Shown here one piece after another: positions 7,572 to 15,587 of a stretch of 24,122 nucleotides of DNA. Numbering within the stretch: the stretch's first letter is position 1; every line of letters starts with the position of its first letter. Made by a program: the position numbers and the translations under genes. The notes under the pieces were generated by a model. That model had not been told where the DNA came from, ran no database searches, and worked only from the letters and a program-made list of their open reading frames with translations. This DNA is from a virus (Duplodnaviria; Caudoviricetes): the IMG/VR virus record IMGVR_UViG_3300030372_000158, positions 1 through 24,122 of that record; one strand, given 5' to 3'.

Positions 7572-8302
7572 TATAAGGGCATTAAAAGGTTTATAGGTGT
7601 ATCGCCCCCCAAGACTACTCCACAGGCAATAGAGGGCTTCTTGCCTCGTTTAGCGTAAGCCATAGCATAAGTGTCATGGTCTATACCACAACCCACCTGC
7701 ATACCAAATACTCTAAAGTTTTGACCTACGTAGTGTTCTATGTAACATTGAGTGTGTAAATGACCCTGAACGGTGTTCATCATGTCTGCACGACATTTGG
7801 TTCTTGCTGTACCTGCTTCGCCATGTATATACTGTACGCCATCTACAACTAATCTATCTACAAATTCCCAATTAGGAACTTCTAAGACTTCTTTGTAAGA
7901 TTTTATCCATTTACTAGGTATTAATGATGTTTGTGCTTTACGCATAATCATTCTATCGTGATTACCAACAATAACAGTTGCTTTAGGGAATGCTTTATAC
8001 CATATTGCCATCTTTTTAATAGCATATTCTAACTCTTGCTTTCCTGTATATTCTGCTTCTATATCTATCTCGTGAAATGATGTGTAGTGATTGTCTATGA
8101 TGTCACCAATAAAAATAACATCTGTACAATTCCAAGTGTCATATTGTTCTTGACAAAATTCTAAATAACCATCTTTACAAAACGGTTCATGAAGGTCACC
8201 GATAACTAGGACATTCCTAGCTTCGGTTTCCCTCATTTTTTTAATAGCCGCAATTTCATGTGGCTTTAATCTAAATCTATTATTTTTTGCTGATGTCTGC
8301 AA
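7571..8302 (-). CDS. Calcineurin-like metallophosphoesterase
   Basis: All five motifs present: GDLH, GDIID, GNHD, IHG, GHLH. Confidence 0.9.
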   Translation of the reverse strand: MQTSAKNNRFRLKPHEIAAIKKMRETEARNVLVIGDLHEPFCKDGYLEFCQEQYDTWNCTDVIFIGDIIDNHYTSFHEIDIEAEYTGKQELEYAIKKMAIWYKAFPKATVIVGNHDRMIMRKAQTSLIPSKWIKSYKEVLEVPNWEFVDRLVVDGVQYIHGEAGTARTKCRADMMNTVQGHLHTQCYIEHYVGQNFRVFGMQVGCGIDHDTYAMAYAKRGKKPSIACGVVLGGDTPINLLMPL

Positions 8303-8474
8303 TTCCTTGTCCTAAAATTAATACTAGGAATGTTTGCCAAACAGTTTCAGCAACTTCAGGCGACCAACCAAAATGGTTCATTAAATAAGGTGTTACTATT
8401 CCAGTTATTGCGTAAATAAATTTCTTTGAGTGTAAAATTTGTCCTAAGACAACATTTGTTAACCAGTCTTTCAT
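8280..8474 (-). CDS. Putative holin (2 TM)
   Basis: SKKFIYAITGIV...FLVLILGQGIAD: two hydrophobic segments, an SxKF motif and a GxGIxD ending; in the lysis region. Confidence 0.65.
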   Translation of the reverse strand: MKDWLTNVVLGQILHSKKFIYAITGIVTPYLMNHFGWSPEVAETVWQTFLVLILGQGIADISKK

Positions 8475-8498
8475 TGTTATATATTTTTTTAGTTAATA

Positions 8499-8879
8499 TT
8501 AAAGTTTATAAGATAATCCTACATTAAAAGAACCTTCTTCTTCTTTTATTGCATAATTTGGCTCTATATATAGATCATTCCACAATTTTAGTGAAACACC
8601 AACTCCATAAGTTACGTTATCTAAGGCATCCTCAGAAGAAGTTTGTGCAGACAGATAAACATTGTTAGCGATATTATATCTACCAATAAAATCATAAGAT
8701 TCACCGTTTTTTTGAACCCCTAACATTAAATCATCATTAACTTGATAACCTAAAGCTAGATTACTAGTGATGCTATCCAAATTCCAGCTATCACTTTTCA
8801 TGTTACTCATTATTGAGAATTGTGCTGATGCAGTCATACAAAATAATGCTACTATTGTTGTTAATATTGTTTTTTTCAT
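8499..8879 (-). CDS. Small outer-membrane beta-barrel protein with Sec signal peptide
   Basis: Signal MKKTILTTIVALFCMTASA|Q; eight alternating amphipathic strands; terminal beta-signal-like FNVGLSYKL. Confidence 0.8.
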   Translation of the reverse strand: MKKTILTTIVALFCMTASAQFSIMSNMKSDSWNLDSITSNLALGYQVNDDLMLGVQKNGESYDFIGRYNIANNVYLSAQTSSEDALDNVTYGVGVSLKLWNDLYIEPNYAIKEEEGSFNVGLSYKL

Positions 8880-8884
8880 TTTAT

Positions 8885-9370
8885 TTATTTGTTTTTAATT
8901 ATTAATGTAATATTTTCACCACCCAAATGTATTATTTCTTTTATTAGCAATTCCATTGCCAAAGTTGAGTTACCAACAAAGTCTTGTTGACGACTTTGAC
9001 CAACTAGAATACAGCCCTTTGTATCTGCGGTAGTGTTTCCGATATGCACAAGGATATAACTTCTATTAGGTACATCTTTTACTAATAAATGTATATAATC
9101 TCTTGTTGCGCTTTCTCTTGGTAAGCGTAGCCTGACTTTATATTCACCAGCAGGAATACAAGATATACTCCTTTGATTGTCCTTCCACGCTAACTCTAAA
9201 GTGTCGCAAAACTCTTCACCATTTAGAAATAGTTTTCCCATAGTAGATGCATCCGTCATGGTATCTCTAATTAGTAAAAGGTTTATTGATGTAGGTTTAG
9301 AGGTAATAGGTTTTGTATATTTTAACGCCTTTAATCTCTTGACAAAGTTCCTGACGCATTTTAATATCAT
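8885..9370 (-). CDS. DUF5675-family protein, putative L,D-transpeptidase-like endolysin
   Basis: LIRD...STMGKL...CDTLE...SCIPAGEY...RSYILVHIGNT..DTKGCILVG; His...GC catalytic-type motif; lysis context. Confidence 0.75.
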   Translation of the reverse strand: MILKCVRNFVKRLKALKYTKPITSKPTSINLLLIRDTMTDASTMGKLFLNGEEFCDTLELAWKDNQRSISCIPAGEYKVRLRLPRESATRDYIHLLVKDVPNRSYILVHIGNTTADTKGCILVGQSRQQDFVGNSTLAMELLIKEIIHLGGENITLIIKNK

Positions 9371-9440
9371 TCTCTTGATTTTTGTTATACTTTGGATTTT
9401 TTGAATTGAGCTTACGCTTTTTATTAACAGGTATATCCAT
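9297..9440 (-). CDS. 47-aa basic micro-ORF overlapping the DUF5675 5' end
   Basis: MDIPVNKKRKLNSKNPKYNKNQENDIKMRQELCQEIKGVKIYKTYYL; starts 2 nt after the upstream stop. Confidence 0.5.
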   Translation of the reverse strand: MDIPVNKKRKLNSKNPKYNKNQENDIKMRQELCQEIKGVKIYKTYYL

Positions 9441-9442
9441 TT

Positions 9443-9529
9443 TTAACCACAATTATTTTTATCGCACCAATTAAGACAAATAGTTTTGCCAGTTAGTTTG
9501 TATATGATATTGCAAATTAGTTTTTTCAT
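9443..9529 (-). CDS. 28-aa Cys-rich cationic micro-ORF
   Basis: MKKLICNIIYKLTGKTICLNWCDKNNCG; TAATG-coupled to the upstream ORF. Confidence 0.45.
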   Translation of the reverse strand: MKKLICNIIYKLTGKTICLNWCDKNNCG

Positions 9530-9702
9530 TATTTTCTATTTTTTTTATGATACCACCATTTGTCAAGTGTATAAATTATTGTAACAACTAGAAGTAAAAT
9601 TTTTAACGCTAACTCTAAATTAGTGAACGTTGTTATGCTTAGGATTGCTGTGTTTACTCCCAGCACTTCGCCCACATCCTTTGTTATTTGTTTTAATGGC
9701 AT
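9529..9702 (-). CDS. 57-aa membrane protein, second holin/antiholin candidate
   Basis: MPLKQITKDVGEVLGVNTAILSITTFTNLELALKILLLVVTIIYTLDKWWYHKKNRK: hydrophobic helix and basic tail. Confidence 0.65.
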   Translation of the reverse strand: MPLKQITKDVGEVLGVNTAILSITTFTNLELALKILLLVVTIIYTLDKWWYHKKNRK

Positions 9703-9763
9703 CTTTCAGGTATGTCTTTAATTTATTTATGTTTTTAGGTTTTGTCTTGTAATATTTCTTCAT
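9620..9763 (-). CDS. 47-aa Lys-rich micro-ORF
   Basis: MKKYYKTKPKNINKLKTYLKDAIKTNNKGCGRSAGSKHSNPKHNNVH; TAATG-coupled to the adaptor gene; its 3' half overlaps the 57-aa gene in another frame. Confidence 0.4.
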   Translation of the reverse strand: MKKYYKTKPKNINKLKTYLKDAIKTNNKGCGRSAGSKHSNPKHNNVH

Positions 9764-10329
9764 TAGCTATAATCACTTGCATTTAAAAAATTTCTTAGAG
9801 TAATTTTTGTTCCCTGCTGTTTAGGTCTTTCAAGGTTCATCCCATTATAGTAGGCATTTCGATCAGGTGTCACGTCTGCACCACTATTTGTTGAGTATTC
9901 AGGAAAACTACTTGTGTTATTTGTTACATATTCAATCATTCTTTCTGTATAATATTCCGCAGTATTTCTTACTTCTTCTCTCAGGTGTTGCGCTTCTTCT
10001 GTACTTAGTGCTGTTCCTGTTTCAGAGGTCTTAGAGTAAATATTACCATTCTCTATTTTAAATCTAAGAAATGGAACAGCATGGTAAAATGCCCAATTTG
10101 GTAGCATGTCGCCAATGTAATCATCTACTAAAGTCTTATAAGCTCCTGCTAAAGTTCCTGCTACAATTTCATCTTTAAGTTTCTGTGTGAGTTTCGTTCC
10201 TAGCTTTGTTTCAACATACAGCTTCTGTGCCTGTCTTACGTATGGCAATAATAGATTTACATCTACATTCAAATTGATTGCTGTTGAATCCTTTAATTTT
10301 TCTTCTGATATAAATAATACGTATGCCAT
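9763..10329 (-). CDS. Putative head-tail adaptor / head completion protein
   Basis: Helical 188-aa protein (LFISEEKLK...LLPYVRQAQ..YVETKLGT.L) directly downstream of the portal. Confidence 0.6.
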   Translation of the reverse strand: MAYVLFISEEKLKDSTAINLNVDVNLLLPYVRQAQKLYVETKLGTKLTQKLKDEIVAGTLAGAYKTLVDDYIGDMLPNWAFYHAVPFLRFKIENGNIYSKTSETGTALSTEEAQHLREEVRNTAEYYTERMIEYVTNNTSSFPEYSTNSGADVTPDRNAYYNGMNLERPKQQGTKITLRNFLNASDYS

Positions 10330-10331
10330 AA

Positions 10332-12341
10332 TTATCTTGGTTCTAAAAATCCTTGATTAACCATAGTCTTAGGCGCTCTTGCCACTAGACCATCATTTCT
10401 TTTAATTGTAAATCCTTCACTTCTTGCTTTTGTTGCTGTAATAATTTTATCCGTTGTAATGTTGTCAGGGTACACAACAAAGTCTGCATCACTAGCAGGT
10501 GCTTGATATACTACACGCCTCCAATAATGATGGCAATTTCCGCCTCCTTTGTAAAGCCATATAGAGTAGGTAGCAGCACCTCTAGCCCCCCATCCAGGAT
10601 TAACAGCTATATTAGTCATTCTTAAAATATCTTCTTTTCTGTATATTTTTTTTGTAGCCATCATCAATTTACAAAAACTTCTTGTTTCTCCTTCTTGACT
10701 TAATGCATTGTTTTTAGTATATAAATATCTAACTTTAAAAAAATCATCACCATCTTTATTTAAACCATCTTGCTCACTTCTTACATTTGGATTTGCCCTC
10801 CCTGTTCTTACAAAGTTAAATTTTTCACTTGCTACTTTATTCAATTCTGCTTCAAAATCAAAATCTTGGTGTTCACCATCTACTATTTCATCATCTACTA
10901 ATTCCCATCCTTCAGGTATATCTTCACCATACTCTTCTATAAATTCAGAAAGCTCTGTTGCTTCTTCATGCCCTTCACAAGCCATGTAAACTGTTTCACC
11001 CTCTAATTCGTGTTCATGATACCCTTCACATCCTTTTGTCTTAGCATGTTCCTCAGCTTCTTCTATTGTGCTAAAAACAGGTTCACCATCTATCATTCCT
11101 ACTTTGCTAAACTTCACTTCTTGCTCAATAGTTGCTTCATCACCTAATGGCTCTAATCCAAGTTCTTCCCTAATTTCGTCTTGTGTCATAACCTCTCTTA
11201 GAGTTTTAGAATCAAACTGAACTGTAATTGGTTTAAGCTGTACAAAGTTTACAGCCATATCCATATCATTTACTTGGAATATTTTTCTAAGCTGTTTTAC
11301 TATGTGGTCTTGGAATGGCTTTATTACAGTATTAAGGTAAAAGTTTGCAGCGTTTATAAGCTCGTCTGTGTTAGAGCTGAAGCCATTGGTACTGTCAATA
11401 CCCATAAGTGTCTTAGAAGTCACCCTATGACCTGAGAGGATGTTGCTAGTTAATAGTTCTTGGAGTGCTAAATAGCTTTTGTCTAAATCGCTTGTGCTTA
11501 TTGGCGTAATTTCAGGAGTTCTTGTTTTGTCGTCTGAGAACGTAAGTACGAATTTACCTGCATTGGTTTCAGAACAGAATTTGTCAGTAAGGCTTCTTTC
11601 TATTTGTAATCTTTCTTCTTGTGTTGGTATTCCGTTAGCAAAGCTGATCATGAACGACCCTGCGAATCCGTTTGAGATGTTGTTTAGGTGATATTCAGAC
11701 ACTCTAGCATCAATTAACGCCCAGTTGTTGCAAGATACATAATCAGGCGTGTAATAACTATTCATATTAGGGCTATAAAGACCTGAATACATTATTTGAT
11801 TTGCTGATGTTCTGTCGTTAGTATTAAACGCAGGAACATAGTAAGGCTTGTTCTGTCTAGTGTTTGACCAATCAGCACTAACATAATATCCTCTTATTTT
11901 TCCAAATTCATCAGGTCTAGCACAACGTATTTTTTCAACTCCTACGTGGTAAATTTCAGCGATTTGAGTCCTATCTTTAGACCATACAATATTAAGAGCA
12001 AACGCCCCTTGTAACTTAAAGTCAAAAGAAATTTTCTTTATTACTTCATGTAAGCTCTCATTACCATTAGCTCTATTCATAAAGTTCTGAAGTTTTATTC
12101 TAGCATCCAAATCTCTATCTTCTTCATCTTCAATAATTAAATCTTCACCTGCAACCATCTCTGCTGTTGCATTAATAATTGCTGCTGATATACTACTTGA
12201 ATAGTATAAATCAATCAGAAACTGTGGGTAGAGGTTAGCCCAATCATCAGTACCGTATTCAATCCAATCTTTCCCTCTTACCTCTTTTACAGTCGGCGCA
12301 GTGCTTGTTTCTAAATTGATGTTAATAATATTGTCTTTCAT
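10332..12341 (-). CDS. Portal protein with long C-terminal extension
   Basis: WIEYGTDD...YPQFLIDLY; DFKLQGAFALNIVWS; ILSGHRVTS..LMGI; MTQDEIREELGLEPL marks the end of the portal core near aa 400; about 260 further residues follow. Confidence 0.8.
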   Translation of the reverse strand: MKDNIININLETSTAPTVKEVRGKDWIEYGTDDWANLYPQFLIDLYYSSSISAAIINATAEMVAGEDLIIEDEEDRDLDARIKLQNFMNRANGNESLHEVIKKISFDFKLQGAFALNIVWSKDRTQIAEIYHVGVEKIRCARPDEFGKIRGYYVSADWSNTRQNKPYYVPAFNTNDRTSANQIMYSGLYSPNMNSYYTPDYVSCNNWALIDARVSEYHLNNISNGFAGSFMISFANGIPTQEERLQIERSLTDKFCSETNAGKFVLTFSDDKTRTPEITPISTSDLDKSYLALQELLTSNILSGHRVTSKTLMGIDSTNGFSSNTDELINAANFYLNTVIKPFQDHIVKQLRKIFQVNDMDMAVNFVQLKPITVQFDSKTLREVMTQDEIREELGLEPLGDEATIEQEVKFSKVGMIDGEPVFSTIEEAEEHAKTKGCEGYHEHELEGETVYMACEGHEEATELSEFIEEYGEDIPEGWELVDDEIVDGEHQDFDFEAELNKVASEKFNFVRTGRANPNVRSEQDGLNKDGDDFFKVRYLYTKNNALSQEGETRSFCKLMMATKKIYRKEDILRMTNIAVNPGWGARGAATYSIWLYKGGGNCHHYWRRVVYQAPASDADFVVYPDNITTDKIITATKARSEGFTIKRNDGLVARAPKTMVNQGFLEPR

Positions 12342-12350
12342 AATTTAATT

Positions 12351-13028
12351 TTATAAAGTGGATAGATAATCATTTACTCTATCTGTTAATGCAGTAGAAG
12401 AACTACTATATATTTGGATTTCTGAAATGTCTCCATCATAAGGATTTAAATCAGTTCTTCTAACACCTATTGTATCTATATCTGCTGTTCCTGATAAAGT
12501 TTCTGTATCAGTTTGAGCTACTCCATTCCAATATAGCTTTAAAACATCACTAGACCTAACCAAAACCATATAGGCATCTTCTAACCAATTACCACTATCT
12601 TTATCAATATTAACTGCTGTTGTATTGTCAATTCTTACTCTAAATTGAGTATTAGTTGAAAATCTGATAAATTCTCCTGATGTAGTGTTATCTCCTAAAA
12701 GAACCCCACCACTTGTTGTTACTTTTAGTTTTGCACCAATAGTAAAATCCCCTTCTAAAGAAATTTGGTTTGTTGATTGTAAACTTTGTGTATTATTATC
12801 ATCAAAAGTTAAAACACCATCAGCATAAGCAGGTCGTTCACTAGCAGTTGCTTGAACCATATCAATTCCTTTAATAGAGCTATCGCCCCATTGACTAACA
12901 TCTGAACCAACAAGAGATATTTGAGCGCCTTTTTTAAACCACGCTTCCAAAGTAGATTCAGAATCAGGTATCCATGCTGTACCTACACCGCTTGATGCTA
13001 CACTAAGACCTAGTTTTAATGATAACAT
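12351..13028 (-). CDS. Concanavalin A/LamG-like lectin-fold virion protein
   Basis: LEAWF...VSQWGDSS...QATASERP...LYWNGV...GDISEIQIYSS..LT pattern typical of LamG-like domains. Confidence 0.65.
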   Translation of the reverse strand: MLSLKLGLSVASSGVGTAWIPDSESTLEAWFKKGAQISLVGSDVSQWGDSSIKGIDMVQATASERPAYADGVLTFDDNNTQSLQSTNQISLEGDFTIGAKLKVTTSGGVLLGDNTTSGEFIRFSTNTQFRVRIDNTTAVNIDKDSGNWLEDAYMVLVRSSDVLKLYWNGVAQTDTETLSGTADIDTIGVRRTDLNPYDGDISEIQIYSSSSTALTDRVNDYLSTL

Positions 13029-13031
13029 ATT

Positions 13032-13307
13032 TTATGTTGTTATACCTTCTGAATATCCTATACCTATACCACTCGTTAGAGTAATTGCGGTTATGTTCAT
13101 AAATAATGTCGTTCCAGCAGGTAGTGTCGTTTGCAAAGCACTTTCACCTGTTGCATCTGCTACTGTTATTGCTGATACTACACTTTGAACAGGAAAATAA
13201 ACACAATACCAGTCTTTGCTTGTTTGTGCTACTGTGGTGAACACTTCTGTGCCGCCATTTTTTCCTAGTTGTTCAGTTAATAATTGTTGTACGTTTTCTA
13301 TTGCCAT
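13032..13307 (-). CDS. Small beta-rich putative virion protein
   Basis: 91 aa, Thr-rich, ending TLPAGTTLFMNITAITLTSGIGIGY; in the structural operon. Confidence 0.55.
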   Translation of the reverse strand: MAIENVQQLLTEQLGKNGGTEVFTTVAQTSKDWYCVYFPVQSVVSAITVADATGESALQTTLPAGTTLFMNITAITLTSGIGIGYSEGITT

Positions 13308-13319
13308 TTTTTTTAATTT

Positions 13320-13799
13320 TTATTGTCCGTAATATATGTAATTTGTTCCTGATGGTTCTTGCCTTTGTGTGTATTGAACTTCTTGCGTTCCATCTTTTTC
13401 AGCTACATACATTTTTCCTTTAGTTACTAATCCTTGAACTACTCCATGTGTGGGTGCTACTGGTAATACATCATCTTCTGTTACAGGCGCATTCCCTGAG
13501 CTAATCGCTACTGCTCCTGTCCAACTCACTTCATACACTTCATACTTCCAGTACCCAGCAGGTAAAAACTTTATTTTACCCTCATAAACATCAGGAGTAG
13601 CATTATAATCAAAGACAAACTTTGTATATCTGTCATATACTAAATGCACAGTTGAATAAGCATATTGAGTAGACTTATCCATGTCATTAGTAAACTTTAC
13701 TAAATGTCTTATCTTGTCTGAACTAACTGAAGTGTCTATGCGGTTGTCTTCCGTTTGTAAATAAGTTGTTAAGTTAGTTTCAGTTGTTGCTTGTATCAT
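13320..13799 (-). CDS. Putative virion structural protein (head closure/neck candidate)
   Basis: 159 aa, beta-rich (GYWKYEVYE...GLVTKGKMYV); first gene after late promoter copy 2. Confidence 0.55.
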   Translation of the reverse strand: MIQATTETNLTTYLQTEDNRIDTSVSSDKIRHLVKFTNDMDKSTQYAYSTVHLVYDRYTKFVFDYNATPDVYEGKIKFLPAGYWKYEVYEVSWTGAVAISSGNAPVTEDDVLPVAPTHGVVQGLVTKGKMYVAEKDGTQEVQYTQRQEPSGTNYIYYGQ

Positions 13800-13815
13800 A
13801 ATTCCCTTGTCTAAT

Positions 13816-13843
13816 ATATAATAGAAAAGTTGTGTTTTTATTT
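13816..13843 (-). promoter_or_regulatory. Putative late promoter copy 2
   Basis: AAATAA aaacacaacttt TCTATTATAT, immediately downstream of a terminator. Confidence 0.7.
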
Positions 13844-13850
13844 GCCTTAT

Positions 13851-13876
13851 AAAGAAAAAGGGGGCTGAAGCCCCCT
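13851..13876 (-). terminator. Rho-independent terminator
   Basis: AGGGGGC-UUCA-GCCCCCU followed by UUUUCUUU. Confidence 0.85.
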
Positions 13877-13945
13877 CAATCTAATGGTAAACGCTAGATT
13901 AAAAAACCTATACACGATTGAACGCAAACACCTTTACCAATAATA

Positions 13946-13976
13946 GAGAAAAGAGTGGACAAAGCCACTCCCTTCT
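13946..13976 (-). terminator. Rho-independent terminator after the tail tube gene
   Basis: GAGUGG-CUUUGU-CCACUC followed by UUUUCUCU. Confidence 0.65.
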
Positions 13977-14010
13977 GAGAATATATGAAAACTACTAATA
14001 AGATTTGAAC

Positions 14011-14577
14011 CTAGTTAGAATCTACTCCTCCTAATGTAAATCCTGCATTATCAAATGGGTTTGTTGTATAATCTGGAACAAACTGAAAAGGTTTACTTTC
14101 TAATCCGTCAAACGTCAGAGTGTAACCATTTCTATCCCCAAATGCAGCCCCACTATCCATAGTTCCTGCATTTAATTCCATCCCATTAACACTACCTAGA
14201 CAAACTATTACGTCATGCCCAGTAGCTGTTACTGTTTGATTCAACTGAGCAAAGATTATTGTTTTTGTTGCGCCCAATAATTTCACCTCATTTTGATCTT
14301 CTTTTGTCAATCTATTTAGAATGATGTTTACTGTTGGAGTATAGAAAATAGTTCCGTTTTCACGACTACCTGTAATTGTGTCTGTAAGAGATGCAACACC
14401 TAAAGGCATTGTATATCTATACAACATATTACTTCCCATCTCTAAGTCAGTAATTGCACCATCTGCTGTTGGTATTGAAGTTACTTGATCGTAGACAGCA
14501 AAATAAATGAACTTAATCCCACCTGATATTCTATTACAGTCAAGTCCTCTTCCCTTTGTTAAAGCTGTACATGCCAT
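14011..14577 (-). CDS. Major tail tube protein
   Basis: MAC..LTKGR.LDC...GGIK N-terminus, SRENGTIFY, G.AFGDRNGYTLTF.G.E; size and position fit a tail tube. Confidence 0.7.
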   Translation of the reverse strand: MACTALTKGRGLDCNRISGGIKFIYFAVYDQVTSIPTADGAITDLEMGSNMLYRYTMPLGVASLTDTITGSRENGTIFYTPTVNIILNRLTKEDQNEVKLLGATKTIIFAQLNQTVTATGHDVIVCLGSVNGMELNAGTMDSGAAFGDRNGYTLTFDGLESKPFQFVPDYTTNPFDNAGFTLGGVDSN

Positions 14578-14604
14578 GTTATTTTATGTTTTAAAGGTTA
14601 AAGG

Positions 14605-14626
14605 AGTGAGAGCCGAAGCCCTCACT
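14605..14626 (-). terminator. cUUCGg hairpin after the capsid gene (weak terminator or mRNA stabiliser)
   Basis: AGUGAGGGC-UUCG-GCUCUCACU followed by only CCUUUAA. Confidence 0.65.
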
Positions 14627-14643
14627 TCTATTAATTAAGTTAT

Positions 14644-15561
14644 TTACGATTGTCTTACAACGTCAGCACCGATTCCAGTTTGAACACCTCCTGAATATCT
14701 AGCAACTAATCTCATGTTGTCACTTCCGTCAAGCTGTGACATATCCATCAATTGGATTCTAGTTTGATCTGAAAGTAAATCAGTTCCAAAGAACAGGTTA
14801 GATTTTTCTGCTGCTACTAACTGATTGTCAGCCATGCCTGGACATACTGCAATTTTGTAACCTTCAAATACTGGCTCATAATCACCATTCATGTTGTAAG
14901 CATTAACATATCCTAATGTAGATACTGCCGACACATAGAAAGCGTAAGTTTTAGCATTCATGTAGATGTGTAAGTCATCTTTTCTTAATATAGCTGGTAC
15001 ATTAGCTGCCATGTCAGCAGTTAAAGTTTGTAAGTTTGCTATAATGTTTCCTGCTGTATAAGCACCTGAAGCTGAAGACTGAATTACAGTTGCATCAACT
15101 CCTGGAAGTAAATATCCAACTGCTGCTCCTAAGAATCCTGTGAACTCACCTGCTGTACCATCCACTCCTTCCCATACAGAGTTTTCAACTCCATTAGCAA
15201 TAATCTCACCCATGTAAGATATTACATAGTCATCAAAAGATGCTGGAGGTGGCGCACCTGCACCTGCTCTCATTTGTGCTGCCTCCCATGAATCTAATAA
15301 TGTAGATTTACATAAGTCTATGTTAATTTGTAAGTTTTTTGGTGTAAGAACCGATTCAGTAAGTGCTAAAGTTCCTGCATCTGAAAAGTCGCAAGTTGCG
15401 TCTTTAACTAATGCTGATCCAGCCATTTTTTGTATATTAGATTTATACTTGATATTTTCAATCATAGTTAAATAATCTAATGAAGTCGCTTCTTTTAAAG
15501 CTGCTGAGATATAGAATCCTGCTGCTTTTCCTGCGTAGTTTGATGTTGTAGTAAACGCCAT
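14644..15561 (-). CDS. Major capsid protein
   Basis: 305 aa after protease and scaffold; YAGKAAGFYISAAL, DATCDF, NLFFGTDLLSD, DGSDNMRLVARY; followed by a stable hairpin. Confidence 0.8.
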   Translation of the reverse strand: MAFTTTSNYAGKAAGFYISAALKEATSLDYLTMIENIKYKSNIQKMAGSALVKDATCDFSDAGTLALTESVLTPKNLQINIDLCKSTLLDSWEAAQMRAGAGAPPPASFDDYVISYMGEIIANGVENSVWEGVDGTAGEFTGFLGAAVGYLLPGVDATVIQSSASGAYTAGNIIANLQTLTADMAANVPAILRKDDLHIYMNAKTYAFYVSAVSTLGYVNAYNMNGDYEPVFEGYKIAVCPGMADNQLVAAEKSNLFFGTDLLSDQTRIQLMDMSQLDGSDNMRLVARYSGGVQTGIGADVVRQS

Positions 15562-15587
15562 AATTTGTTATTTTTATTTGTTAATAT

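Noticed and set aside
8823-8879. Lipoprotein (spanin-like) reading of the OMP signal peptide at LFC
   Set aside because: ALFC is a poor lipobox, whereas ASA|Q is a strong signal peptidase I site and the mature part reads as a beta-barrel.
13894-14013. TAG readthrough of the tail tube gene adding 38 hydrophobic residues
   Set aside because: The extension runs through a terminator hairpin, its hydrophobicity is explained by T-rich sequence, and it resembles no Ig-like tail extension.
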